Assembly: GCA_026770705.1 (NCBI GenBank)
Contig: JANJGN010000646.1
Location: 62,001 to 126,000, forward strand
Direction: 5' to 3'
DNA from: Isurus oxyrinchus
Taxonomy: Eukaryota
DNA: 64,000 nt
Part shown: one piece after another, positions 39,170 through 50,626 of the stretch
How the letters are laid out: the number at the start of each line of letters is the position of its first letter
Position numbering within the stretch: the first letter of the stretch is position 1
Made by a program: the position numbers and the translations under genes
Notes under the pieces: generated by a model
What the model was told of the DNA's origin: nothing
Databases searched by the model: none
Seen by the model: only the letters and a program-made list of their open reading frames with translations

Positions 39170-40070
39170 AGAGATAGAGCAGAAGAGTGTGATAGAGAGA
39201 GATTGTGAGTGTTAGAGAGAGAATGTGTGTGTGTGAGAGAGAGAGAGAGCAGAAGAGTGCGATAGAGAGAGATTGTGAGTGTTAGAGAGAGAATGTGTGT
39301 GTGTGAGAGAGAGAGAGAGCAGAAGAGTGTGATCGAGAGAGATTGAGTGTTAGAGAGAGAATGTGTGTGTGTGTGAGAGAGAGAGAGATAGAGCAGAAGA
39401 GTGTGATAGAGAGATATTGTGAGTGTTAGAGAGAGAATGTGTGTGTGTGTGAGAGAGAGATAGAGCAGAAGAGTGTGATAGAGAGAGATTGTGAGTGATA
39501 GAGAGAGAATGTGTGTGTGTGAGAGAGAGAGAGATAGAGCAGAAGAGTGTGATCGAGAGAGATTGAGTGTTAGAGAGAGAATGTGTGTGTGTGTGAGAGA
39601 GAGAGAGATAGAGCAGAAGAGTGTGATAGAGAGAGATTGTGAGTGTTAGAGAGAGAATGTGTGTGTGTGAGAGAGAGAGAGAGATAGAGCAGAAGAGTGT
39701 GATAGAGAGAGATTGTGAGTGTTAGAGAGAAGGTGTGTGTGTGAGACAGAGAGATAGAGCAGAAGAGTGCGATAGAGAGAGATTGTGAGTGTTAGAGAGA
39801 GAATGTGTGTGTGAGAGAGAGAGATAGAGCAGAAGAGTGTGATAGAGAGAGATTGTGAGTGTTAGAGAGAGAATGTGTGTGTGTGAGAGAGAGAGAGATA
39901 GAGCAGGAGAGTGTGATAGAGAGAGATTGTGAGTGTTAGAGAGAGAATGTGTGTGTGTGAGAGAGAGAGAGAGAGAGCAGAAGAGTGCGATAGAGAGAGA
40001 TTGTGAGTGTTAGAGAGAGAATGTGTGTGTGAGAGAGAGAGAGATAGAGCAGAAGAGTGTGATAGAGATT
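39170..40070 (+). repeat. ~70-bp compound GA/GT tandem repeat
   Basis: gatagagcagaagagtgtgatagagagagattgtgagtgttagagagagaatgtgtg... repeated about 13 times; essentially single-copy in the left arm near 6270-6400. Confidence 0.85.
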
Positions 40071-40340
40071 GTGAGGACTAAACTCACTGAGAGAAAAAGC
40101 TGGACACCCAGCACAGAGAGTGAGGGAACAATGAATTTTTGCCGTGTTTGGTGAATCGATTTGCGATGTCCATTCTGAATCTCTCCTTCCTTGTCTTGAC
40201 ATTAGTTTATTCCCTGGGGCTGTTTAACTCCCTGAAAGGTGCCATTTAACCACAAGTTGTTGTTTGAGGAAGAAACGCTGGGGACAATTTATGAAAAAGT
40301 CTCTGTCTTTATCATTTTCCATTTAGATGAGGAACTGAAG

Positions 40341-40386
40341 ATGGGAGAGGTCGGTCTGATATTGATCTTCATCAGCTTGCTGCAAG
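40341..40386 (+). CDS. Gene C: signal-peptide exon (duplicate of gene A leader; whole exon 40327-40386)
   Basis: MGEVGLILIFISLLQ+G with intact acceptor and donor. No V exon follows it. Confidence 0.65.
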
Positions 40387-40689
40387 GTACAAATTCATTA
40401 CTGATCGGAACTCAGGGAATTGGATTCTTTCCTGGAGTGAGGAAGTGAGGATGTTTCAGAGATAGGGAAGGTTGTAGGGAGGGTTGTAGGAGATGGAGGA
40501 GGTTACAGAGTTAGGGAGTGTTGCAGGGGCTGGAGGAGGTTACAGAGAGAGGGAGGGGAGCACTGCCTCAGTACTGATACTCCGAACGTCCAGCACACCA
40601 TCAGTACTGACCATCAGACAGTGCAGCACTCCCTCATTACTGACCCACCGACAGTCCAGCACTCCCTCAGTACTGACCCTCTGACATTG

Positions 40690-41718
40690 CAGCACTCCCT
40701 CAGTACTGACCCTCCGACAGTGCAGCACTCCCTCAGTACTGATCTTCCAACAGTGCAGCACTCCCTCAGCACTCCCTCACTGGGGCGAGTCCATCCGCAT
40801 TTTGAGCTGAAACCTTGAGATGGTCTCAAAACCCCAACCTTCCATCTCGGAGAGAGAGAGTGCGTTTGTGTGAGAGAGAGAGACAATGTATGTGTGAGAG
40901 ACTGAGAGTGTGTATGTGTGAGAGAGCAAAAGAGAGTTAGAGTGTGTGTGCATGAGAGAGGGAGGTAGCTTGTGTGTGTGAGAGAGAGAGTGTGTGTGAG
41001 AGAAAGAGAACGTCTGTGAGAGTGAGAGAGAATTTATGTGTGAGAGAGAAAGATAGAGAGAATGTGCGTGTGAGATAGTGTGTGTGCAAAAGAGAGTGTG
41101 TGTCTGTGAGAGAGTGTTTGTGTATGTGAGAGTGTGTGTGTGAGATCGTGTGTGTGTGTGTGTGTTTGAGAAAGAGAATGTCTATGTGAGAGTGAGAGTG
41201 AGTTTATCTGTGAGAGATAAAGGGAATGAGAGAATGTGTGTGTGAGATAGTGTGTTTGTGAAAGAGCGTGTGTGTGATAGTGTGTTTGTGTATGTGAGAG
41301 TGTGTGTGTGAGATCGTGTGTGTGTGTGTTTGAGAGAGGGTGTGTGTGTTTGAGAGAGAGGGTGATTGTGCGTTTGAGAGGGAGTGAGAGAGAACATGTG
41401 TGTGAGAGAGAGTGTGTGCGTGAAAGAGAAAGTGTTTGTGCAAAAGAGTGTGTGTTTGAGAGTATGTGTGCATGTGTGAGTGTGCATGTGTGTGTGTGTG
41501 TGTGTGTGTGTGCATGTGTGAGTGTGCATCTGTGTGTGTGTGTGTGTGTGTGCATTCTGACTGAGCCGAGTTCACAGTTTCACACGTTGCTAGGGACCAC
41601 TTTTCCACCTCTCAGTCAGACTGTGTGTATCTGACAGCAGGTCAGGCAGAAATAGTCCAGAATGCGCTGTGGTTTTGTAGCATTGAAACAACAACATGAA
41701 CTAAATGAGTGCTGCACC
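40690..41718 (+). repeat. Direct duplicate of about 26010-26908 (third copy of the satellite/microsatellite cassette)
   Basis: Shared unique stretches such as ggggcgagtccatccgcattttgagctgaaa and cattctgactgagccgagttcacagtt. Confidence 0.85.
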
Positions 41719-41777
41719 ACTATCAGTGTGTGGCAGAGAATGAGCGTTGGAGGGATTTATAACCATCTCTGTAGAAC
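41719..41777 (+). pseudogene. 3' remnant of a gene B/D-type C2 exon
   Basis: actatcagtgtgtggcagagaatga..ggagggatttataaccatctctgtagaac|gtgagt. The 5' part and acceptor are replaced by the duplication, and there is a ~7-nt internal deletion. Confidence 0.85.
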
Positions 41778-41814
41778 GTGAGTTACACAGAATTGAACAT
41801 TCTCTTGTTGTTAG

Positions 41815-42850
41815 CTCATGGGATGTGGGCATTGTTGACAAGGCCAGAAATTATTGCCCATCTGTAACTGCCCCTTGAGAAGGTGGTGGTGTGTTGCCTT
41901 CTTTAAGCACTGCAGTCCATGTGTGTAGGTACACCCACAGTGCTGTTAGGGTGGGAGTTCCAGGATTTTGACCCAGAGACGGTGAAGGAACAGCCGATAT
42001 ATTTCCAAGTCCCAGGGCAGACCACCACCTCATGTTCACCTCCAAATCACACACCATACTGACTTGGAACTGTCTTGGTGGAAGAGGTTAAGGGTTTGGA
42101 AGGTGCTGTCGAAGGAGCCTTGGTGAGTTGTTGCAGCGCATCTTGTAGATGGTGCACACTGCTGCCATTGTGTGCCAGTGGTGGAGGGTATGAATGTTTA
42201 TGCTGGTGGATGGGCTGTCGATCAAACAAGCAGCTCCTGGATGGTGTCGAGCTTCTTGAGTGTTGTTGGAGCTGCACTTATCCAGCCAAGTGGAGATTAT
42301 TCCATCACACTCCTGACTTGTGCCTTGTCAATGGTGGACAGGCTTTGGGGGGTCAGGAGGTGAGTTACTCACCGCAGAGTTCCCAGCCTCTTACCCGCTC
42401 TTGTAGCCACATTATTTCCTGTTGCCGGGTTGTTGCCAGGGCCAATCGCCTTTGCTGTATCCAGTATCATCAGCTGATTCCTGATGTCACGTGGAGTCAA
42501 TCGAATTGTCTGAAAGCTGACATCTGTGATGCTGGGACCCTCTGGAGGAGGCCGAGATGGAGCATCCACTCAGCACTTCTGGCTGAACCTGGTTGCCAAT
42601 GCTTCAGCCTTGTCGTTTGCACTGATGTGCTGAGCTCCCCCATCATTAAGGATGGGGATATTTGTGGAGCATCCTCCTCCTGTTAGATCTTTAATTGTCC
42701 ATCACCATTCATGACTGGATGTGGCAGGACTGCAGAGCTTAGATCTGACCCGTTGGTTGTGGGATCGCTTTGCTCTGTCTATAGCATGTTGTTTCCGCTG
42801 TTTGGTGTGTATGTAGTCCTGTGTGTCACCTCAGCAGCTTGGCACCTCTG
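41815..42850 (-). mobile_element. CR1-clade LINE fragments
   Basis: Reverse complement of the family at 21.9-22.4 kb, plus an upstream ORF2 piece (LDTAKAIGPGNNPA). Confidence 0.75.
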
Positions 42851-43040
42851 TTATATGTGAATCCTCCTTATAGAAACCTGCATGTACATGGATATTATCA
42901 ATAAATATTACATAGATAAATGTTATTTGTATATACCTTTCATGCATAGACAATATCACTTCACAAGTTCAGAATTACTACATGTACATAGGGAACCATT
43001 CTCAAACTGTACCGGAGTCATTCATTGGCTGATTTTACAG

Positions 43041-43137
43041 GGCGAGATTCCAATGAATGGAAAGCAGGATTGCTTGGAGCTGGAATCTGTTTGAGTGTTG
43101 GACTGAGTGGATTCTTCATCTTCAAGTGTGTGAGAAA
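43041..43137 (+). CDS. Gene C: transmembrane exon (paralog of 14089-14185)
   Basis: ttttacag|...|gtcagt, 97 nt, phase 1-2. RDSNEWKAGLLGAGICLSVGLSGFFIFKCVRK. Confidence 0.8.
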
Positions 43138-43893
43138 GTCAGTGTGAAGGTTTAATTGGTTGTTTTTGAAAATGTTTTCTTCAACCTTCTCTCCTTATAG
43201 AAAGAATTTGCATTTCTATAGCACCTTTCACAACCCAAAACCCTTCACAGCCCCTGAAGAGCTTTGATGTTCAACCACTATTGAACATCTCATCCTACAC
43301 TCCCTGTTTGACAACTCAGTCCTGTAACTGGCAGTGTTGACCCGGACCATAAAATACCCTGTGACCCCTTGAGGATGTGAAAGGTGCTATATAAATGAAA
43401 ACCTTTCTTTCGTTAGTGCATGCAATCTCATTCCATTTTCCATGTTTCATTCACTCTCTCTTATCTCCACTAATGCTCTCCTCTCATTCTCTCTCTCATT
43501 CACTCTCTCTCTAATCTCCAATAATGCTCTCCTTCTCATTCTCTCTCTCATTCACTCTCTCTCAAATCTCCACTAATGCTCTCCTTCTCATTCTCTCTCT
43601 CGTCCTCTTACACATTGTTCAGTATCTCACATTTTTAAGGAGCGCTGAGCAACATCTGCTCCTTCAGAAGATCCACCTAAACATCTGGACTGAGCAGTGA
43701 ATTGAAACTCGCTCAACGACTGCTCAGCTTTACACAGGAATCACGTCACAGAGTCAGGACACAAAGGGTTAACAGTTTGTTTACAACACAACACTAAGGC
43801 CCTACATTTCAATGAAAGGGTTTTCACAATTGTTCCCCAATTCCTGATTTTGTCTCACAGAGACACATCAACCCTTTCTCATTAAATACACAG

Positions 43894-43978
43894 AGGCAGC
43901 AGCACAGGAAGAGGTCATTCAGCCCAAGCAGAGCGTGTGGGCAGTTCCTCCCCAGGCGAGCAGTCGGACAGGTCCTGG
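43894..43978 (+). CDS. Gene C: candidate phase 2-0 cytoplasmic exon (the same module is repeated at 48330 and 50542)
   Basis: acacag|A GGC...TGG|gtaagt, 85 nt, open. GSSTGRGHSAQAERVGSSSPGEQSDRSW. Confidence 0.5.
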
Positions 43979-44489
43979 GTAAGTAACGGAACGATTGGAA
44001 TTCACTTCCACCACCAACACCGTCCTTTGTTGATGTTGTGACTTTATAAAGACAGATTCCAATGATTGATGCCTTTGAAAGATTTCTACTGATTATTGAG
44101 ATCTGGGTGTGAGGCTCAAGTCTGTTGTACAGAACATCTTTCTGGTTAAATTATGCAGACAGGTTACACACAGTCTACGATTATATTCCCTCGGGTCTAG
44201 AAGATTAAGGAGTGATCTAACTGAGGGGTTCAAAATGATTAAACACTCGATAGGGTCGATAGAGAGAAGCTATTCCCTCGGGTGGGGGTGGGTGATGGGG
44301 GTCGGGCGAAGTCCAGAACAAGGGGGCTGGAACTTCAGATTGGAGCCAGGCCGTTCAGGGGTGATGTCAGGAAGCACTTCTTCACACAAAGGGGAGTGGA
44401 AATCTGGAACTCTCTCCCCAGTGATCAAACCCAACACCGAATACACATCATGTTGATAGTCACTCTGTCCATTTCCATCTCTATTACAG

Positions 44490-44594
44490 AAGAGAGGCGA
44501 GGGGAAAGCAGGAATCAAATCGAACCACCGTGTTGATGAATATCGAGGTCCTGTTTATGAAAACTGTGAGCGTGGTTGGGCTTTGAGGAATCAG
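44490..44594 (+). CDS. Gene C: cytoplasmic exon with a VYEN motif
   Basis: ctattacag|...CAG|gtgagt, 105 nt, phase 0-0. KRGEGKAGIKSNHRVDEYRGPVYENCERGWALRNQ. Confidence 0.6.
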
Positions 44595-44725
44595 GTGAGT
44601 CACACACCACAGGATCCCCAGCCTCTCAGCTGCTCCAGTAGCCTGGTTATTGATATGGCTGCTCCAGTCCTGTATCTGCAATGTTTTATACAGTCACTCC
44701 CAAACCCAACCAAACTCACACCCAA

Positions 44726-45897
44726 CCCCGTTCAGAATCAATAATCAAACCCCGATCAGAATCAATAATCAAACTCCGTTCAGTATCAATAATCAAACCC
44801 CGTTCAGTATCAATAATCAAACCCCGTTCAGTATCAATAATCAAACCCCGTTCAGAATCAATAATCAAACCCCGTTCAGAATCAATAATCACACCCCGTT
44901 CAGTATCAATAATCAAACACCGTTCAGAATCAACAATCAAACCCCATTCAGTATCAATAATCAAACCCTGTTCAGTATCAATAATCAAACCCCGTTCAGT
45001 ATCAATAATCAAACCCCGTTCAGTATCAATAATCAAACCACTTTCAGAATCAATAATCAAACCCCATTCAGTATCAATAATCAAACCCCGTTCAGTATCA
45101 ATAATCAAACCCCGTTCAGAATCAATAATCAAACCCCATTCAGAATCAATAATCAAACCCCGTTCAGTATCAATAATCAAACCCCGTTCAGAATCAATAT
45201 TCAAACCCCATTCAGTATCAATATTCAAACCCCGTTCAGTATCAATAATCAAACCCCGTTCAGAATCAATAATCAAACCCCGTTCAGAATTAATAATCAA
45301 ACCTCGTTCAGTATCAATAATCAAACCCCTTTCAGAATCAATAATCAAACCCCGTTCAGAATCAATAATCAAACCCCGTTCAGTATCAATAATCAAACCC
45401 CGTTCAGTATCAATAATCAAACCCTCTTCAGAATCAATTATCAAACCCCGTTCAGTATCAATAATCAAACCCCATTCACAATCAATAATCAAACCCCGTT
45501 CAGTATCAATAATCAAACCCTGTTCAGAATCAATAATCAAACCCCATTCAAAATCAATAATCAAACCCCATTCAGTATCAATAATCAAACCCCATTCAGA
45601 ATCAATAATCAAACCCCGTTCAGAATCAATAATCAAACCCCATTCACAATCAATAATCAAACCCCGTTCAGTATCAATAATCAAACCCTGTTCAGAATCA
45701 ATAATCAAACCCCATTCAGAATCAATAATCAAACCCCATTCAGTATCAATAATCAAACCCCGTTCAGAATCAATAATCAAACCCCATTCACAATCAATAA
45801 TCAAACCCCTTTCAGAATCAATAATCAAACCCCATTCACAATCAATAATCAAACCCCGTTCAGTATCAATAATCAAACCCTGTTCAGTATCAATAAT
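44726..45897 (+). repeat. 24-bp minisatellite (ccccgttcagaatcaataatcaaa)n, about 49 copies
   Basis: Highly homogeneous tandem array within an intron. Confidence 0.97.
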
Positions 45898-45995
45898 TAA
45901 TGTATCTACTGTGGGTGGAATTTTCGATTTGGATCAATAATACTAAACACTGATCACTCTGAATGTCACTCTGATCATTTCTGTTTCTATTACAG

Positions 45996-46112
45996 AAGAA
46001 AGATGAGAAGGATCTGGAAATGAAATCTAACCGCGGAGTCAATCCTGATACAGATGATGATCTTCACGCAAACTGTGATTTTGCCAAGGATTCTGTTTAT
46101 GGGAATTTATAA
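45996..46112 (+). CDS. Gene C: terminal exon ending SVYGNL*
   Basis: ctattacag|AAG, phase 0. KKDEKDLEMKSNRGVNPDTDDDLHANCDFAKDSVYGNL-stop; paralogous to 44490-44594. Confidence 0.65.
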   Translation, partial: KKDEKDLEMKSNRGVNPDTDDDLHANCDFAKDSVYGNL

Positions 46113-47159
46113 ACTGAGCAAGAATGAGACACACACAGTGTGGGGAGAATACAGAATGGGAGAATCATTCAAAACTCCAATTTACCTTCCTAATATCCAC
46201 AGGAACTCACTCCCAGGAAATAGATTTAAGCCTCTTGTTACAATCTGATGGAATTTCTTCGGAATGATCTATCCATGATGATTGTCTGTGGGTTTCAATT
46301 TGAACATCCTCCTTCAGAATTGTCCCTCCCTGTTGGAAACATCCTTCTCTCCATTCTGATTGTAAATGTCTTTAGATATCGTTCGATGATGTACCAGGAC
46401 AGAACGGACAAATTCAATCCCGTGTCCGTGATTATGAGTTAATTTTCATTATGTTATTCACCTTCCTGTCTGTCAGTGTTTACAGAATATTCATCAGCCA
46501 GTGCAGACTTCAGGAAATGCAGGATCGGTGGATAATTGGAGCAGAGGAGATTGGCAAAATTTACTCAGCATTTTGTAATCAAATGTATTTTCAGATATAT
46601 ATTTGGATTTTACACTTCATCGTTAAACCGCAAAACTAACAGCAATCCCAGAAACATGGAAACAATTTGTTTGGAGATTTGAGAAATTCTCTGCAGCTCA
46701 GAGGATAACAGATGTGCTACAGTGCCACCACTGGTGGCAGGACATCATTTCAGCGTGACATGTTTACATTGATGTTGCCAATGAACATTGGAAATTATGA
46801 TGTGAAAAATTGGTTGCAGGTTTACCTTCTTCAATATGTCATAGATGGATGAGACAGCTTTGATAACAGAATGAGATATAGCTGCAATAAACCAACATTT
46901 TAGTCTTTCACACTTGGAGAGTACAATTAGCATCCATTCTGAAGGCTGAGTGGATGGGTGGACTGTGCGATGTGTTACAGATTACAGAGACCAACATCCT
47001 TGATCCTGGTTCTGCTCTATGTCTGATGACATTCTTGGATAAAAGATTGGGAAAATAAATAATCCTCCTGCATTGATCTGTAACTGGTCTCTCCATCTGT
47101 CAATGTCCTGAGGACAGAATTGGGTTTGAGGTCCAAAATCAGATGCATACTTTGACTGC

Positions 47160-48200
47160 CCATTGAATAGGAACAGGAAGAGGCCATTCAGCCCCCTCGA
47201 ACCTGCTACACAGGAACAAGAGAGCACCTGATACAAAAACAGAAAATGCTGGAGAAACTGAGTAGGTCTGGCAGCATCTGTGCAGAGATAAACAGAATTA
47301 ACATTTCGAGTCCGTATGACCCTTCTTCAGAGTCTATAAGCAAAAACTCTGTTTCTCTCTCCACAGCTGCTGCCAGACCTGCTGAGTTAAGGCAGCATTT
47401 TCCATTTTTATTGAAGATTTACAACATCTGCAGTATTTATTTTTAATGAGAGGAGGACATTCAGCCCCTCGACCCTGTTACACAGGAACAGGAGGAGGCC
47501 ATTCAGCCCCCTCGAGCCTGTTACACAGGAACAGGAGGAGGCCATTCAGCCCCCTCGAGCCTGTTACACAGGAACAGGAGGAGGCCATTCAGCCCCATGA
47601 GCCTGTTATACAGGAAAAGGAGGAGGCCATTCAGCCCCTCAAGCCTGTTTCAGGAACAGGAGGAAGCCCATTCAGCCCCTCGAGCCTGTTACACAGGAAC
47701 AGGAGGAGGCCCATTCAGCCCCTCGAGCCTGTTACACAGGAATAGGAGGAGGCCCATTTAGAACTTCAAGCCTCTTACACCAGAACGTAAGGACGTCATT
47801 TCAGCCCCATGAGCTTGATGAACAGGAACAGGAGGAGGTCCATTAAGCCCCTCAAGTCAGTTACATAGGAACAGGAGAAGTCTCATTCAGCCACACGAGC
47901 ATCTTATATAAGAACATGAGGGGGCCCAAACAGCCCCTCAAGCCTCTTACACAAGAAGCGGAGGAGGAGGTTCATTCAGTCCCTCGAGGCAGTTATACAG
48001 GAACAGGAGGAGGCCCATTCAGCCACACAAGCCTCTTACACAAGAACAGGAGGAGGTCCATTCAGCCCCTCAAGCCTGTTACACAGGAACAGGAGGAGGT
48101 ACATTCAGCCCCTCAAGCCTGTTACACAGGAACAGGAGGAGGCCCGTTCAACCACCTCGAGCTTGTTGCATGTGAACAGTCGATGGCCCTTCAGCCACAT
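47160..48200 (+). repeat. Second 43-bp satellite array, interrupted by a fold-back element at about 47232-47410
   Basis: Same unit as 28800-38345. The insert has inverted arms aaaatgctggagaaactgagtaggtctggcagcatctg / cagctgctgccagacctgctgagtt..cagcatttt. Confidence 0.85.
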
Positions 48201-48270
48201 TCTTGGATTCGCAAAGGGTTAACAGTTTTCTAACTGTGAGAGGCAAAGTGTTGCTTTCTAACTTGGTACT

Positions 48271-48286
48271 AACCACTTCCTCATTT
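48271..48286 (-). promoter_or_regulatory. PU.1/Ets site (AAATGAGGAAGT) overlapping a Runx-like AACCAC, upstream of gene D unit 1
   Basis: aaccacttcctcattt about 45 bp upstream of the 48330 exon. The Ets part is conserved at 50487-50498. Confidence 0.5.
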
Positions 48287-48329
48287 TGTCTCACAGAGAC
48301 ACATCAACCCTTTCTAATTAAATACACAG

Positions 48330-48414
48330 AGGGAGCAGCACAGGAAGAGGTCATTCAGCCCAAGCAGAGCGTGTGGGCAGTTCCTCCCCAGGCGAGCAGT
48401 CGGACAGGTCCTGG
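48330..48414 (+). other. Gene D unit 1: putative 5' UTR exon
   Basis: Ends TGG|gtaagt, about 410 bp upstream of the leader acceptor. Confidence 0.5.
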
Positions 48415-48857
48415 GTAAGTAACGGAACGATTGGAATTCACTTCCACCACCAACACCGTCCTTTGTTGATGTTGTGACTTTATAAAGACAGATTCCAATG
48501 ATTGATGCCTTTGAAAGATTTCTACTGATTATTGAGATCTGGGTGTGAGGCTCAAGTCTGTTGTACAGAATATCTTTCTAGCTCAAGGGATGAGGGCAGA
48601 GCAGGGACATGAGCTTTGGGGTGTCCTGAGCAGGTGAAAGGCGATATAGAAATGCAGGTCCTTCATTGTTTTACTTTCTTAGAGCCTTGTAACTCACTGC
48701 AGAGCAACTATCATCCCACAGAGAATGAAATTAGTCTGTGAAGACATTGTCTAAAAGCAGTTCTGATCTCTCGAGAGGTGTCGGACAAGAGGTGAGGTCT
48801 CGTTAACTCATTTCTCTTTCACAGCTTGAGAACCAATGAAATACCTGGGAGTGGACA

Positions 48858-48897
48858 ATGATCAGGAAATCTTACTTCCTCCTGTCACTTCTCCAAG
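48858..48897 (+). CDS. Gene D: leader exon 1 (whole exon 48825-48897)
   Basis: tctttcacag acceptor, MIRKSYFLLSLLQ, AAG|gtaata, phase 1. Completes a signal peptide with VGLS-QEW from either V exon. Confidence 0.8.
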
Positions 48898-49685
48898 GTA
48901 ATATCATTGTCAGCTCGGACAGATTTATGGCTAATCATCTTTGTAAAACATAATTCTTATTGAGCTGTGATTGGGAACTGATTCAGCAGTGAACCAGTGT
49001 ACAACCTCACACCAAGTCCCATTCACCCATCACCCCTGTGCTCACTGATATACACTGACTCCCTGTCTGACAGCAGAATTGGAGGAGAGCAGAGGACTTT
49101 GAGGTTTGCATGGTTGGAGGAGAAAGTGATTGGAGAAGAGGAATGGAGGGAATGGAAATTGAGGATGAGCGTCTTAAACTCGAGGCTCTGCTGGTCTGGG
49201 AGCCAGTGCAGGTCAGCGAGTGGCGGAGGGTGTGAGGTGCTGAGTCGAGAAACAGTGATAAATACTGGGGGATGAAGTCTATCCTGATGCTTGGACGCCG
49301 ACAGCAAAGGAATGAAATTTGTGTCTTTTCCTGATTTTAATCAGAATTTCCCATGAAGACAACTCAGCAGCTCCTAGAATAGACAGGCTGTTCAGTGTCA
49401 CACTTCCTGTCCATTCTCACCATGCTAGATACTTCAATAAGGGAGCAAGATAACTGAAAGAGAGAAGGAAGGTAAAGCTGTCCGTGTGTAAAGGTGTCAA
49501 TATTCAAATTGTATATTTGTCTTTCTCTCGACACATGCAGAGCTCAGGCTAGAGGCACTTTGTTAGTGTGTTTCACAGTGTCTGCTGGAGTAGGGTCAGT
49601 GCTGAGCTTGGGGACAAGTCAGTCTACAATGCTGCATCGGAATCAACAATACAACAATATGGGGTTTGGATCAGAAATAATCCCT

Positions 49686-49893
49686 TAGACAATGAGGATC
49701 CAAAGAGATTCCTTGGACAATGAGGATCCAAAGAGATTCCTTAAACAATGAGGATCCAAAGAGATTCCTGAAACAATGAGGATCCAAAAAGATTCCTTAG
49801 ACAATGAGGATCCAAAGAGATTCCTCAGACAATGAGGATCCAAAGAGATTACTTAGACAATGAGGATCCAAAGAGATTCCTGAGACAATGAAC
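49686..49893 (+). repeat. 28-bp tandem repeat, about 7 copies
   Basis: agacaatgaggatccaaagagattcctt repeated. Confidence 0.92.
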
Positions 49894-50049
49894 ATACAAA
49901 GTGCACCAATCAGATTGAATCAGATTAGCCAATCAGCTGTGTTGAAGAGCAGACAGGAATGTTAGGCTAATTAGTGATTCATGACGGTGATAATGGGGGG
50001 AGTTCTGAGGGCTCCTAATCCATTGTCCTGTCTTGTAAATCAGCACCTT

Positions 50050-50362
50050 AATACTGACCCTCCAACAGTGCAGCACTCCCTCAGTACTGATCCTCCAACA
50101 TTGCAGCACTCCCTGATTAATGTCCCTCTGACAGTGCAGCACTCCCTCAGTACTGACCCTCAAACAGTGGAGATCTCCCTCAGTACTGACCTTACAATAG
50201 TGCAACACTCGCTCAGTAATGACCATCCGACAGTGCAGCACTTGCTCAGTACTGACACTGGGGAGTTTCAGTCTACTCTGTGGGGCAGACGTCCCCTGAA
50301 TGGGGTCTTGAATCCCACAACGTTCTGACCTCCTGAATTTGGCTGTGAAACCCACTGACCCA
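50050..50362 (-). mobile_element. DeuSINE-like 5' head plus about six 33-bp units
   Basis: The minus strand reads ggtcagtgggt..gtcagaacgttgtgggattcaagacccca (tRNA-like A/B boxes) and then runs into cagtactgag repeats. Confidence 0.65.
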
Positions 50363-50541
50363 CAGGAGAAATTCCTGGTCAATGACTGTCCACCTGTGAG
50401 CAGAAATATCACCACAGGGTCAGGACACAAAGGGTTAACAGTTCACCAACATCTCAAAACATGAGCTGCTCTGTCACTTTGATCCAACTTCCTCATTTTG
50501 TCTCAAAGTGTCACATCAACCCTTTCTAATTAAATACACAG

Positions 50542-50626
50542 AGGAAGCAGCACAGGAAGAGGTCATTCAGCCCAAGCAGAGCGCGTGGGCAGTTCCTCCC
50601 CAGGCGAGCAGTCGGACAGGTCCTGG
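50542..50626 (+). other. Gene D unit 2: putative 5' UTR exon
   Basis: Copy of 48330-48414 with the same donor. Confidence 0.5.

Larger units (their letters stand above)
25293..40448 (+). repeat. Right arm of the inverted duplication, expanded by a 9.5-kb satellite
   Basis: Reverse complement of 5890-10140, apart from 28800-38345 and the expanded GA/GT repeat at 39170-40070. Confidence 0.88.

Noticed and set aside
43041-43137. DAP12-coupling charged transmembrane residue
   Set aside because: The lysines sit at the edges of the hydrophobic stretch rather than mid-membrane, so this is not supportable.
44650-45940. ~400-aa ORFs of INNQTPFS / SIIKPRS repeats
   Set aside because: Translation of a 24-bp satellite that is open in three frames, with no splice or domain support.
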